A DNA stretch of 64,000 bases from an uncultured Chloroflexia bacterium (GTDB lineage: Bacteria; Chloroflexota; Limnocylindria; Limnocylindrales; CSP1-4): positions 704,001 to 768,000 of the forward strand of contig CAWFXA010000002.1 of NCBI GenBank assembly GCA_963819655.1, read 5' to 3'. The stretch's first letter is position 1. The number at the start of each line of letters is the position of its first letter. Shown here piece by piece: positions 48,427 to 58,785 of this stretch. Made by a program: the position numbers and the translations under genes. Under the pieces are notes generated by a model. The model was not told where the DNA came from. It did not search any database and saw only the letters and a list, made by a program, of their open reading frames with translations.

Positions 48427-49074
48427 TCAGACCCCTGCCCGGGTGAACGTCACATGCGTGACGCCGCTCGGCGAGGTGGTCGACTCGATCTCGTAGTCCT
48501 TCTCGAGGCCTTCAAGTCCGTCCCAGAGGCGTTCGCCCCGGCCCAGCAGGATCGGGACCATCGCGATGTGCATGTGGTCGACGAGCCGCGCACCCACGAA
48601 CTCGCGGATCACGGTGACGCCCCCGCCGATGCGTACGTCCTGGCCGCCGGCAGCCTCGCGGGCCGTCTCGAGCGCTTCGGCAGGCGAAGCGTCGAGGAAA
48701 TGGAACGTCGTGCCGCCCTCCATCTCGATCGACGGGCGCGGGTCATGGGTGAGGACGAAGACCGGTGTATGGAACGGAGGGTTGGCACCCCACCAGCCCT
48801 TCCACTCCGGGTCCGCGTGCCATCCGGGCGGACCGAACTTCCCGGCACCCATGATCTCCGCGCCGATCCCCCGATCGTGCAGCCGCAAGAAGGTGTCGTC
48901 GAGGCCGCCGCTGCCGCCGGACTCGCCGACCCTCTGGCGCCACCACCGGGTGACGAACATCCACTCGTGCAGCCTCTCGCCGGCGTGGCCGAACGGTGCC
49001 TCGAGGCTCTGACCCTCGCCGGTGCCGAAACCGTCGAGCGAGATCGAGAAGAATTGGACGCGGGCGAGTGACAT
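48427..49074 (-). CDS. Dihydrofolate reductase-like (RibD C-terminal) protein
   Basis: SISLDGF, PPFHTPVFVLTH, IGGG, PILLGRG. Confidence 0.9.
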   Translation of the reverse strand: MSLARVQFFSISLDGFGTGEGQSLEAPFGHAGERLHEWMFVTRWWRQRVGESGGSGGLDDTFLRLHDRGIGAEIMGAGKFGPPGWHADPEWKGWWGANPPFHTPVFVLTHDPRPSIEMEGGTTFHFLDASPAEALETAREAAGGQDVRIGGGVTVIREFVGARLVDHMHIAMVPILLGRGERLWDGLEGLEKDYEIESTTSPSGVTHVTFTRAGV

Positions 49075-49086
49075 AACTGCTCGTCC

Positions 49087-49473
49087 TTACGCCAGCTGCA
49101 CGATCTGGATGAGGTTGCCGCAGGTGTCGTCGAAGACGGCCGTGGTGACGTCGCCCATCTCGGTCGGCTCCTGGGTGAATCTCACGCCCTTCGATCGAAG
49201 CCGATCGAACTCCGCCTGAACGTCGTCGACCGCGAATGACGTAGCCGGGATCCCGTCCTCGACCAGGGCATCTTTGAACGGCTTGACGGCTCGATGTTCG
49301 GATGGCTCGAGCAGAAGCTCGGTCCCATCTGGCTGCTCCGGCGACACGACGGTGAGCCACGAGGCATCGCCGAGAGGGATATCCGTCTTCTTCTGGAAGC
49401 CGAGGGTGTTGGTGTAGAACTCGAGTGCCTTCTTCTGGTCGTCGACCAAGACGCTCGTGACATAGATTCGCAT
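49087..49473 (-). CDS. VOC family protein
   Basis: VDDQKKALEFYTNTLGF..FDDTCGNLIQI. Confidence 0.92.
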   Translation of the reverse strand: MRIYVTSVLVDDQKKALEFYTNTLGFQKKTDIPLGDASWLTVVSPEQPDGTELLLEPSEHRAVKPFKDALVEDGIPATSFAVDDVQAEFDRLRSKGVRFTQEPTEMGDVTTAVFDDTCGNLIQIVQLA

Positions 49474-49486
49474 TCGAACGCTCCTT

Positions 49487-49750
49487 TCAGTCTGGAATCG
49501 GCCACCGTTCCGTGATCTGCTTGAGCGGCGCCCGGTCGAGGTAGTGGAACTTGTACCGGCCCTCGCGTCTGACCCGAACCAGGCCAGCGGCCTCGAGCAC
49601 CTCGAGGTGTTGCGAGATCGCCTGGCGCGTCGAGTCGATCCCGTGCTTCATCAACAGGCGAGTGCAGAGTTCGAACAAGGTCTGACCGTCGCGCTCGGTC
49701 AGCTCATCGAGGATGGTCCGCCTGGTGGGATCGGCAAGGGCCTTGAACAC
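49487..49750 (-). CDS. ArsR-family regulator
   Basis: FKALADPTRRTILDEL..RQAISQHLEVLE; start uncertain. Confidence 0.85.
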   Translation of the reverse strand: MFKALADPTRRTILDELTERDGQTLFELCTRLLMKHGIDSTRQAISQHLEVLEAAGLVRVRREGRYKFHYLDRAPLKQITERWPIPD

Positions 49751-49788
49751 GTCCAGGACGTCAGAATAGGCAAGGCGATACTTGCCTG

Positions 49789-50364
49789 TCAAGCTCGAGG
49801 AGGCCACCGCTCGTAGAAGAGGTAGGCGGTGTCTCCGTCAAGGGTCCGTACGTCGACGAGGCGCATCGCCTTCTTGGAGGTGGTCTCGCCGAAGAGCCCC
49901 TCGCCGGCGCCGAGCACGACCGGGAAGACCTTCAGCCGCAGCTCGTCGACAAGATCGTGCTCCAGCAGCGTGCGCACGATCCGGAAGCTCGCGGGGATCA
50001 CGATGTCCCCGGTGAACTCGCGCGTCAGCTTCGAGACCTCGTCGAGCAGGTCCCCCTTGACAACGGTCGAGTTGTTCCACTCGGGATCTTCGAGTGTCGA
50101 GGACACGACGAACTTAGGAAGGACGTTCAACCTGTCAGCAAGCGCGCCAGTCCGGGATGGCCACCGGGCGGCGAACCATTCGTATGTCCGCCGACCCATC
50201 AGCATGGCCTCGCAGCCGAGGGCCTCATCGAGCGCGAGCTGTGCTAGCTCTGGGCGGTCCTTGATCAGGCCGACCCAACCGCCCCGCGGGAAGCCTTCGT
50301 CTCCGGCCGGGTCCTGGATGACTCCGTCGAGTGAGACGTTGTCGCTCACGACGATCTTTCCCAC
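49789..50364 (-). CDS. Dihydrofolate reductase-like protein
   Basis: KIVVSDNVSLDGV, MGRRTYE, PVVLGAG; GGAGG RBS. Confidence 0.9.
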   Translation of the reverse strand: MGKIVVSDNVSLDGVIQDPAGDEGFPRGGWVGLIKDRPELAQLALDEALGCEAMLMGRRTYEWFAARWPSRTGALADRLNVLPKFVVSSTLEDPEWNNSTVVKGDLLDEVSKLTREFTGDIVIPASFRIVRTLLEHDLVDELRLKVFPVVLGAGEGLFGETTSKKAMRLVDVRTLDGDTAYLFYERWPPRA

Positions 50365-50483
50365 TTCACGTCCTCCTTCGGTTCCCCACGTAGCTCTGTG
50401 CCCCAACCGCCCAGACGCGGCGCCCGCGCGACCTCCCACATCGTGAGCCACGGTTCGGCGGGAGGTCCGCTCGCCATCACGGG

Positions 50484-50535
50484 TTGACGCAACCAGCCGG
50501 TTGCGATACCTTTGGTAGCAACCGAATGGTTGCTA
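50484..50535 (+). promoter_or_regulatory. Sigma70-type promoter overlapped by two palindromic operators (ArsR-type)
   Basis: TTGACG(50484)-N17-TACCTT(50507); CGCAACC-N4-GGTTGCG 50488-50505 and TAGCAACC-N4-GGTTGCTA 50516-50535. Confidence 0.75.
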
Positions 50536-50553
50536 TGTACGAAGGAGGCTGTC

Positions 50554-50991
50554 GTGGGTTTTCCCGATCAGATCGAGCGCACCGTCGAGCTCGCGCATCC
50601 GCCGGCCAGGGTGTGGTCGGCACTGACCACCGCCGAGGGCCTCGGCACGTGGTTCGGCAATGCAGCCACGATCGACCTGCGGCCCGGTGGCGCTGCCCAC
50701 ATGACCTGGACCGGCGGCGAGAAGGCGTCGATGCGCATCGAACGAGTCGAAGAGCCGACGGTATTCGGCTTCACCTGGGGCATCTACGGCCTTCCGGACG
50801 ACGATCCGCGCCACACCTACGTCGAGTTCACGCTCGAGCCGACGACCGCCGGCACCCGGTTGACCGTCGTGGAATCGGGCTTCGCGCAGTTGCCGGAGGA
50901 CCGCTACCGCACAGCCTTCGACGCCAACACCGACGGCTGGGCCAGCGAGTTGGGCGAGCTGGTCGAGTACCTCGATGCCACCGCGGCCTGA
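50554..50991 (+). CDS. SRPBCC domain protein
   Basis: IERTVELAHPPARVWSALT..TRLTVVESGF. Confidence 0.9.
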   Translation: MGFPDQIERTVELAHPPARVWSALTTAEGLGTWFGNAATIDLRPGGAAHMTWTGGEKASMRIERVEEPTVFGFTWGIYGLPDDDPRHTYVEFTLEPTTAGTRLTVVESGFAQLPEDRYRTAFDANTDGWASELGELVEYLDATAA

Positions 50992-51358
50992 CGCTGAGGC
51001 TGTTGCCGAAGAAGTCTTCACCGCCCTGGCCGACCCAAGCCGGCGGGCGATCCTTGCCGCGCTCGCGGCCGATGGTCCCGCCACTGCCACGGATCTGGCC
51101 ACGCGTCTGCCCATCACCCGTCAAGCCATCGCCAAACACCTGGTGCTGCTTTCCGAAGCCGGGCTGGTAGCGGCTGAATCGGGAGAGCGCCGCCGGGTCC
51201 GCTACCGGCTTCGCTCCGCCCCCATGCAGGTGGCGCAACAGTTCCTGGCCGCTCTGGCCCGGGACTGGGACCGCCAGCTCGATGCGCTCAAGGACCACCT
51301 CAACGCCGTCGTGGCCGTTCAGCCCACGCGAAGGAACAAGGGAAAGAAACAGTCATGA
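50975..51358 (+). CDS. ArsR-family regulator
   Basis: FTALADPSRRAIL..TRQAIAKHL. Confidence 0.9.
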   Translation: MPPRPDAEAVAEEVFTALADPSRRAILAALAADGPATATDLATRLPITRQAIAKHLVLLSEAGLVAAESGERRRVRYRLRSAPMQVAQQFLAALARDWDRQLDALKDHLNAVVAVQPTRRNKGKKQS

Positions 51359-52161
51359 GCAACGACGTTTCAACTGCCTGGATCCGTCCTCCGGAATGGC
51401 TGCCAGATCAGCATTCTGTGACCGATCACAGGATCGGAACGCGAGAAGAGTGGGCGGCCGAGCGCGAGGAGCTGCTCACCCGCGAGAAGGAGCACACCAG
51501 GCTGGGCGACGAGCTGGCGCGCCAGCGACGCGAGCTGCCGTGGGTCCGCGTCGAGAAGGACTACCGCCTTGACACCGACGACGGCCCACGCGCGTTTGCG
51601 GAGCTTTTTGATGGCCGCAGTCAGCTCCTCATCTACCACTTCATGTTCGGCCCGACCTACCAGGCCGGCTGCCCGATCAACTCGTCGATCGCGGACAGCG
51701 TCAATGGCCTCATCCCACACCTGAACGCGCGCGACGTGACGATGCTGTTCGTGTCGCAGGCTCCGCTCGAGAAGTTGCAGGCGTACAAGAGGCGCATGGG
51801 CTGGACCTTTCCGTGGGCGTCATCGGCCAACAACGACTTCAACCACGATCTCGGCTACTCGATCAGCGAGGAACAGGCCCGCGCATGGGTTGCGCAGAAC
51901 CTCGGGTCCCTGCCGCCGATCGTGGACCGCAATGCCAGCGCGAGCGGCACCGACGTCGCCGGCTACCTGACGGAGAGCCCCGGCTTCAGCGCCTTCGTCG
52001 TGGACGACGGGGTCGCATACCAGACCTACCAGACCTGGTGGCGTGGACTCGAGTTCCTGATGGGCTACTACCCGATCCTTGACCGGACCCCGAAAGGCCG
52101 TGACGAGGACGATGGGTTCCAGCTCTGGATCCGCCGCCATGACGAGTACGAGGGCCAGTGA
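51355..52161 (+). CDS. DUF899 (thioredoxin-like) family protein
   Basis: REKEHTR..RRELPW, LFDGRSQLLIYHFMFGP, LDRTPKGR. Confidence 0.9.
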   Translation: MSNDVSTAWIRPPEWLPDQHSVTDHRIGTREEWAAEREELLTREKEHTRLGDELARQRRELPWVRVEKDYRLDTDDGPRAFAELFDGRSQLLIYHFMFGPTYQAGCPINSSIADSVNGLIPHLNARDVTMLFVSQAPLEKLQAYKRRMGWTFPWASSANNDFNHDLGYSISEEQARAWVAQNLGSLPPIVDRNASASGTDVAGYLTESPGFSAFVVDDGVAYQTYQTWWRGLEFLMGYYPILDRTPKGRDEDDGFQLWIRRHDEYEGQ

Positions 52162-52345
52162 AAACCACGAGAACGCGCAAGGGAAAGAGGAAGATCGTCT
52201 CAGGGGCGGTGCGATACACCCGCTCCCTCGGTGCGCGCCGAGAACCGAGTGCTCGAGACCGTCGAGCCCACGACCAGCGCTGTCTGGATCCGCACCCTCG
52301 GCGAACGGACTACGGCCGGTAGTCTCCGACTCGGAGGTGGCCTCG

Positions 52346-52999
52346 ATGCCCGACGAGCCTACTGAGGAGCCGCGCGCCCCGATGGGCGAGCCACCCGGAT
52401 CTGACTGGGCCGCCTACTACCGGTCCACGATCGGGCGCGAGCCGCGCCCCCTGTTCGAGAAAGGCATAGCCGCGGTCAAGGCGGCCGGGGTCGCACCGGG
52501 GCAGGCGATCGAGATCGGATTCGGCGATGGGCGGGAGACGCTCGCCCTCCTGGAGGCTGGCTGGCGTGTACTGGCCATCGACCCCGCGCCGGCGGCGGCC
52601 GAGGTCCTGCAATCGCAGGTGCCGGCTCATGCCGCCGGTCGCCTCGAGATCCGATCCGTGCCGGCGCAGGACGCCGACCTGCTGCCGTTCGACCTCCTCT
52701 ACGCGGGGTACTCGCTCCCGTTCCTGGGTGCCGACGCGTTCGATCGGTTCTGGAACGCTGCCCGCGACCGGCTGCGTCCCGGCGGCATCCTCGTCGTCAA
52801 CTTCTTCGGCCCGCGCGATTCATGGGCCGGACGGGAGGGCATGCGCTTCATCGACATCGATGCCGTGCGCCGGCTTGTCGACGGCCTCGAGCTCCTCGCG
52901 CTCGACGAGGAGGACCAGGACGGGAATTCGTTCCTCGGCCCGAAGCATTGGCACGTCTTCGACGTCATCGTCCGGCGATCGCCAGAGCCGACCGGATGA
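52346..52999 (+). CDS. Class I SAM-dependent methyltransferase
   Basis: AIEIGFGDG motif I, LRPGG; GGAGG RBS. Confidence 0.85.
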   Translation: MPDEPTEEPRAPMGEPPGSDWAAYYRSTIGREPRPLFEKGIAAVKAAGVAPGQAIEIGFGDGRETLALLEAGWRVLAIDPAPAAAEVLQSQVPAHAAGRLEIRSVPAQDADLLPFDLLYAGYSLPFLGADAFDRFWNAARDRLRPGGILVVNFFGPRDSWAGREGMRFIDIDAVRRLVDGLELLALDEEDQDGNSFLGPKHWHVFDVIVRRSPEPTG

Positions 53000-53270
53000 G
53001 CGTCCCAACGACCAACGTGCGCGAACGCTCGAGCGGCTCGGTCGCGGCGGGTCCCTTTGATGGTGCGTTGAAGCCAGCGAAGCGGACGGAGCGATAATTC
53101 ATCCGAAACGGATGAGAACGCGGAGCGGCAGGCTGCGAGCATGGGTCGACTGCGGTACCCCGAGGAGCGTCCCCAGGGCCACGGCAACGCCGGAGCCCGC
53201 TAGGCTGACGAGCGAACAGCTCTCAGAGAAGGCAAGGCGCCATCTAAGCACGGACCGGAGGCGATGAAAG

Positions 53271-54869
53271 ATGTCCGAGGGTGCGAACGCCAGCGAGCAT
53301 GCAGAGGCACCGGGCACCAGTCTGCTCGCCATCTTGTTGGCGATGGCGATGTTCGTGCTGGTCGTCGACACGTCGATCATGAACGTCTCGATCTCGGCGG
53401 TGGTCGCCGATCTCGGCACCGACGTGAGCGCCATCCAGGCCGCGATCGCTCTCGAGGCCTTGGTATCGGCGGCATTCATCCTGATCGGCAGCAAGATCGG
53501 CGACCTCTTCGGACGCAAGCGGGCCTACGTCCTGGGCCTCCTCGCATACGCGATCGGCGCGCTGGCGATGGCCCTGGGCCAAAGCGTGACGGCCATCTTC
53601 ATCCTCTGGGCCGTGGTGGGTGGCCTCGGAGCGTCGCTCCTGCTGCCTGCGATGCAGTCGCTCATCCACGGCAACTTCGAAGGGGCGGCCCAGAAGGCGA
53701 CATACGCCCTCGTGGGCGCGGCCGCAGCTATCGCAGCCGCTGTGGGACCCCTGATCGGGGGCTTCATCACCACGTTCCTGTCCTACCGCGTCGCATTCCT
53801 GCTCGAGGTCGTGATCATCGCGATCGTGCTGTCGGGCATCAGACTCGTTCGTGACGCGCCCTACACGGGCCCGCGCCAGATCGACCTCGTCGGCTCCGTT
53901 CTCTCGGTCTTCGGCATGGGCGGCCTGGTGCTGAGCATCCTCGTGTGGCAGGAGGGTGGCGAAGCCGTCGGCCTCCTTCTGGCGATCGGCGCGATCTCCC
54001 TTGCCGGGCTCGCGTACTGGCTCACGCGCCGGAAGCGCGAGGGCAAGCCGACGTTGATCGATCCGGATCTGTTCATGTCAAAGCTGTTCAGGTTCGGGAT
54101 CTCCGGGCAGGGCCTCCAAAACATCGCGCTCGGTGGCATGATGATCACCATCCCGATCTACCTGCAGATGGTCCTGGAATACAACGCGCTGCAGGCGGGC
54201 CTGTCGCTGGCCCCGCTCTCGCTCAGCATGTTCGGGACGGCGATCGTCGCCGGCAGGCGGGCGGGAGCGCGGCGGCCAAGCAGCATCATCAGAGCCGGAT
54301 TCGTGCTCCTGCTGGTCGGGCTGCTCCTGTTGATCCCGATCGTGCCCCGCGCCGATGCCGGCTGGTATCTCGCGTTCCCGCTGGTGATCGCAGGGATCGG
54401 GCTGGGGCTGCTCGTCTCCCAGCTCAATAACTACACCCTCGCGCCGATCGACGAGGAGCGGGTCAGCGAAGCCGCCGGCGTGAACTCGGCGGCAGGCTCA
54501 TTCGGGCTGTCGTTCGGCTTGGCGTTCGCCGGCGCGATCATGCTGGCAGCTCTGGCATTCAACTTCACGGCCTTGGCGGAAGGGAGCACTGTGCTCTCCC
54601 CGGCTCAGCAGCAGCATGTCGCTGCTGCGCTGGAGCACGACGCTGAGGTGATGACGAACACCGATCTCGAACTGCTGCTCGTCGACCAACCACCGGCCGT
54701 CCAGGACGAGATCATCCGCATCAACACCGAGGCGCGACCGCTGGCGCTGCAGGTGGCGCTGCTCATCCCGATCCTGGCGAGTCTCCTCGGGCTGGTCGTG
54801 TCGTTCCGGATGATCCGTCTCCCGGACCCCGTGTCATCGGGCGCGGCCGAGGGGCTAGCGCTCGGCTAA
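53271..54869 (+). CDS. MFS transporter (DHA2-like, 14 TM)
   Basis: VDTSIMNVSI, KIGDLFGRKR, GPLIGG. Confidence 0.9.
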   Translation: MSEGANASEHAEAPGTSLLAILLAMAMFVLVVDTSIMNVSISAVVADLGTDVSAIQAAIALEALVSAAFILIGSKIGDLFGRKRAYVLGLLAYAIGALAMALGQSVTAIFILWAVVGGLGASLLLPAMQSLIHGNFEGAAQKATYALVGAAAAIAAAVGPLIGGFITTFLSYRVAFLLEVVIIAIVLSGIRLVRDAPYTGPRQIDLVGSVLSVFGMGGLVLSILVWQEGGEAVGLLLAIGAISLAGLAYWLTRRKREGKPTLIDPDLFMSKLFRFGISGQGLQNIALGGMMITIPIYLQMVLEYNALQAGLSLAPLSLSMFGTAIVAGRRAGARRPSSIIRAGFVLLLVGLLLLIPIVPRADAGWYLAFPLVIAGIGLGLLVSQLNNYTLAPIDEERVSEAAGVNSAAGSFGLSFGLAFAGAIMLAALAFNFTALAEGSTVLSPAQQQHVAAALEHDAEVMTNTDLELLLVDQPPAVQDEIIRINTEARPLALQVALLIPILASLLGLVVSFRMIRLPDPVSSGAAEGLALG

Positions 54870-56594
54870 GTCGGCGGCCGCGTGGCCCCCACTCCGTCTT
54901 GTCCCTCACGGAGGAACGCCTCGACACCCTCGGTCACGGATGCATACAGGTGGCCCTGGTCGATCGTCTCGAGCAGCCCGAAGCGCACGATCGTGTCCCT
55001 GACGCTCGTCGGGAGCTCCGCGAACGCGAGGTGGATCCCCTGCGCATTCAGCTCGAGATCGAGGTCCGTGAGCATCGTCGCGGCGGTCGTATCGATGTCG
55101 GTGATCGGCTCAGCGGCGACGAGGATCCACGTAGGCGGGGCGTCAGCGGCTTTGACGAGCTCGCGGATGCGGTCGCGGAACTGGTTCGCGTTCGCGAAGA
55201 AGAGCGGTGCGGACCAGCGGACGATGAGCAGCCCCGGAACCTGTTCCGTGTCGGGATAGTGCCGGATGTCGTGCCAGCCGGGGACGCCAGCTGGCTTCCC
55301 GAGGACCGTCGAGTACGGTGCCGCGACTCGCGCGAAGATGTAGACGGCCGACAGGGCCACGGCGATGACGATGCCGAGGAGGACGCCGAGGAACATGACC
55401 CCCAGGGCACACGCGACGGCGAGCCCGAACTCTGTTCGCTGCACCCGATACAGCCGGCGCAGCGCGGCGGCGTCGAACAGGCTGATCGATGCGGCGATGA
55501 CGACCGCCGCGAGGACCGGCTGCGGCATGGCCTGGACGAGGCCCGGCGCGAACAGGAGCATCCCCACGACGAGGGCCGCCGCGATCAGGCCGGTCAGCTG
55601 CGTCTTCGCCCCGGACTGGAACGCGACCGCGGTGCGCGATCCGCTCGTGCTCACGGGAAAGCCCGTGAACATCCCCGCCGCCAGGTTGGCCGACCCGATC
55701 CCGACGAGCTCCTGGTCGCCGTCCACCTCGTAGCCAGCGCGCCTGGAGAAGCCACCGGACGTCGAGATCGTGTCGCCCATGGCGACCAGCGAGATGCCGA
55801 GCGCCGACGCGAACAACAGCGGGAGGTCCGTCGCCTCGACAGCAGGGAATGCCGGCACGGGGAAGCCCTGGGGCAGGACGCCGATGACGTCGACGCCGCG
55901 CGCGGCGAGGTCGAGCACGACGGAGAACCCGATAGCGACGACGACGGCGACCAGGATTCCGGGCGTCTTGGGTGCCAGCCACTTGAGGCCAAGGATGAGG
56001 ACCAGGCTGAGCAGGCCGATCCCGAGCGCCCACGGGTTCGTCATCTCGAGATCGCCGAGGAACGCGCCCACCTCGCCGACGAGTCCGTCGGCATCGGTCG
56101 AGAAGCCGAAGAGCTTAGGCAGCTGGCTGATGAGGATGACCACCGCGAGACCGGCCAGGTACCCGGTCCGGACCGGATTCGAGAGGAGGTCGGCGACGAA
56201 CCCCAGCTTGAGAGCGCCGGCGCTGACGGTGACGGCGCCCACGAGGAGCGCGAGCATGCCCGGCGAGGGCGATCGCCTGTTCCGGGTCACCGGCGGCGAG
56301 CGGCAGGATCGTCGCGGCGATCATCGGACCCAGCGACGAGTCCGGCCCGAGGACCAGGATCGGCGACGGTCCGACGAGGGCGTACGCGATGAGGCACAGG
56401 ACCGTCGTGTAGAGCCCGGTGATGGCGGGCAGTCCGGCCAGCTCCGCGTACGCCATCCCCTGCGGGACGAGTAGCGTGACGAGGACGATCCCCGCGATCA
56501 GGTCACGGGACAGCCATGACCGTTCGTACGTCCGGATGACCCGGACGCCCGGCACCCACCGCTCGACCCGTGCACGCGCGGGGCTCGCCGTCAT
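54866..56594 (-). pseudogene. SulP-family anion transporter with STAS domain, frameshift near 56260
   Basis: N-terminal DLIAG..VPQGMAYAELAGLP..GLY (56594 to ~56260) continues in another frame as MLALLVG..SGSRT..PLFFAN..DIDTT. Confidence 0.8.
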
Positions 56595-56837
56595 GTCGGA
56601 CTCAACCCCAGTCCTGGCATCGCGCAGCGCTCTGTGCCGACGACCTACTCCGGCGTCGTTTTCGCGGATGCATCGGGATGCTAACTCCCGGATGATGTGA
56701 CACGACTTCCGATGTGTATCCTGATGGACGTAGTCCAATGGGGGTGATTTCGGGGCGTCTCCTGACCTCCAAACTTCACACCGTCGTGCGCGGCAGTCAC
56801 CGAGCGGATCGCGGACGCGGTCAGCTGGGGAGGATCC

Positions 56838-57839
56838 ATGGGGTACAACCTTCGGAATCGCAACTTCACGAAGTTGCTCGACTTCAGCCCGCGCGAGATC
56901 CACTACTTGCTGGACCTCTCCCGTGACCTGAAGCGGGCGAAGTACGGCGGGTACGAACAGCAGCACCTGCGCGGCAAGAACATCGCGATCATCTTCGAGA
57001 AGACCTCGACGCGGACGCGCGTGTCGTTCGAGGTCGCCGCGTACGACCAGGGTGCCCACGTCACCTACCTCGGCCCCGAGGGCTCGCAGATCGGCCACAA
57101 GGAGTCGATGAAAGACACGGCCCGCGTCCTGGGTCGCATCTTCGATGGGATCGAGTACCGGGGCTTCGGGCAAGAGATCGTCGAGGAGCTGGCCGACTAC
57201 GCGGGGGTCCCGGTGTGGAACGGCCTGACCGATGAGTTCCACCCGACGCAGATCCTCGCCGACGTCCTGACCATGACCGAGTTCTCAGACAAGCCGATGA
57301 CGGAGATCGCCTACTGCTACCTCGGCGACGCTCGCAACAACATGGGCGACTCCCTGCTTGTCGGCGGCGCCAAGCTCGGCATGGACGTCCGATTGTGCGC
57401 CCCCAAGGCGCTCTGGCCGGCCGACGACCTGCTGGCCACCTGCCGCACGATCGCCGAGGAGACTGGGGCGCGGATCACCCTTACGGAGGACACGGAGGAA
57501 GGCGTCAAGGGCGTCGACTACCTCTATACCGATGTCTGGGTGTCGATGGGCGAGGACAAGTCCGTCTGGGATGAGCGGGTGAAGCTGCTCCTGCCATACC
57601 AGATCAACGCCGAGCTCATTGCGAAGACCGGCAATCCCCAGGTGAAGTTCATGCACTGTCTGCCGGCATTCCACGACCGCCACACCAAGGTCGGCGAGGA
57701 GATGTTCGAGCGCTTCGGCCTTGACGGGATGGAGGTCACGAACGACGTCTTCGAGTCCGAGCGAGCGATCGTCTGGGACCAGGCCGAGAACCGGATGCAC
57801 ACGATCAAGGCCGTGATGGTCGCGACGATCGGCTTGTAG
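56838..57839 (+). CDS. arcB: Ornithine carbamoyltransferase (catabolic by context)
   Basis: [29 protein letters not shown]. Confidence 0.95.
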   Translation: MGYNLRNRNFTKLLDFSPREIHYLLDLSRDLKRAKYGGYEQQHLRGKNIAIIFEKTSTRTRVSFEVAAYDQGAHVTYLGPEGSQIGHKESMKDTARVLGRIFDGIEYRGFGQEIVEELADYAGVPVWNGLTDEFHPTQILADVLTMTEFSDKPMTEIAYCYLGDARNNMGDSLLVGGAKLGMDVRLCAPKALWPADDLLATCRTIAEETGARITLTEDTEEGVKGVDYLYTDVWVSMGEDKSVWDERVKLLLPYQINAELIAKTGNPQVKFMHCLPAFHDRHTKVGEEMFERFGLDGMEVTNDVFESERAIVWDQAENRMHTIKAVMVATIGL

Positions 57840-57861
57840 CGGCGGCAGCGAGGTCGGATCG

Positions 57862-58785
57862 ATGCGTATCGTCATCGCCCTCGGTGGCAACGCCCTGCTG
57901 AAGCGGGGCGAGCCGATGACCGCCGGGCATCAGCGGGCCAACGTCCGGGTCGGGGCCGAAGCCCTCGCCCGGGTCGCGCGCGAGCACGAGCTCGTCATCT
58001 CCCACGGCAACGGTCCGCAGGTCGGCCTGCTTGCCCTCCAGGGCGAGGCCTACAAAGAGGTCGAGAGCTATCCGCTCGACGTCCTCGGCGCGGAGACCCA
58101 AGGCATGATCGGCTACCTCGTCGAGCAGGAGGTCGGTAACCTGCTGCCCGAGGAGCGGCCGCTTGCCACGATCCTCACGATGGTCGAGGTCGACCCCGAC
58201 GACCCGGCCTTCACCGACCCGACGAAGTTCGTCGGGCCGATCTACGACGAGGCCCAGGCGACGGCGCTGGCCGCCGACAAGGGCTGGTCCGTCAAACCGG
58301 ACGGCGCGTACTGGCGGCGGGTCGTCCCGTCTCCCCGGCCAAAGCGGATCTTCGAGATCCGGCCGATGCGCTGGCTGCTCGAACAGGGCGCCGTCGTCAT
58401 CTGCGCCGGGGGCGGCGGTATCCCGACGATGTACGCTCGCGATCGGGAGCGCTACCTCGTCGGGATCGAGGCGGTCATCGACAAGGACCTCGCAAGCAGT
58501 CTGCTCGCCCGCGAGCTCGACGCCGACCTGTTCGTCATGGCCACTGACGTCGATGGGGTGTACACCGACTGGGGCACGCCCGCACAAGCGCGCATCGAAC
58601 GGGCGACGCCGGATCAGCTCAAGGCGATGGACCTGCCCGCCGGCTCGATGGGCCCGAAGGTCGACGCCGCCGTGGAGTTCGTGACGGCGACCGGGAAACG
58701 CTCCGCCATCGGGTCGCTCGAGGAGATCGACGGATTGGTGGAAGGGAGCGGCGGCACACAGGTCGTTGCGAAGGAGGAAGTCTGA
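57862..58785 (+). CDS. arcC: Carbamate kinase
   Basis: [34 protein letters not shown]. Confidence 0.96.
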   Translation: MRIVIALGGNALLKRGEPMTAGHQRANVRVGAEALARVAREHELVISHGNGPQVGLLALQGEAYKEVESYPLDVLGAETQGMIGYLVEQEVGNLLPEERPLATILTMVEVDPDDPAFTDPTKFVGPIYDEAQATALAADKGWSVKPDGAYWRRVVPSPRPKRIFEIRPMRWLLEQGAVVICAGGGGIPTMYARDRERYLVGIEAVIDKDLASSLLARELDADLFVMATDVDGVYTDWGTPAQARIERATPDQLKAMDLPAGSMGPKVDAAVEFVTATGKRSAIGSLEEIDGLVEGSGGTQVVAKEEV

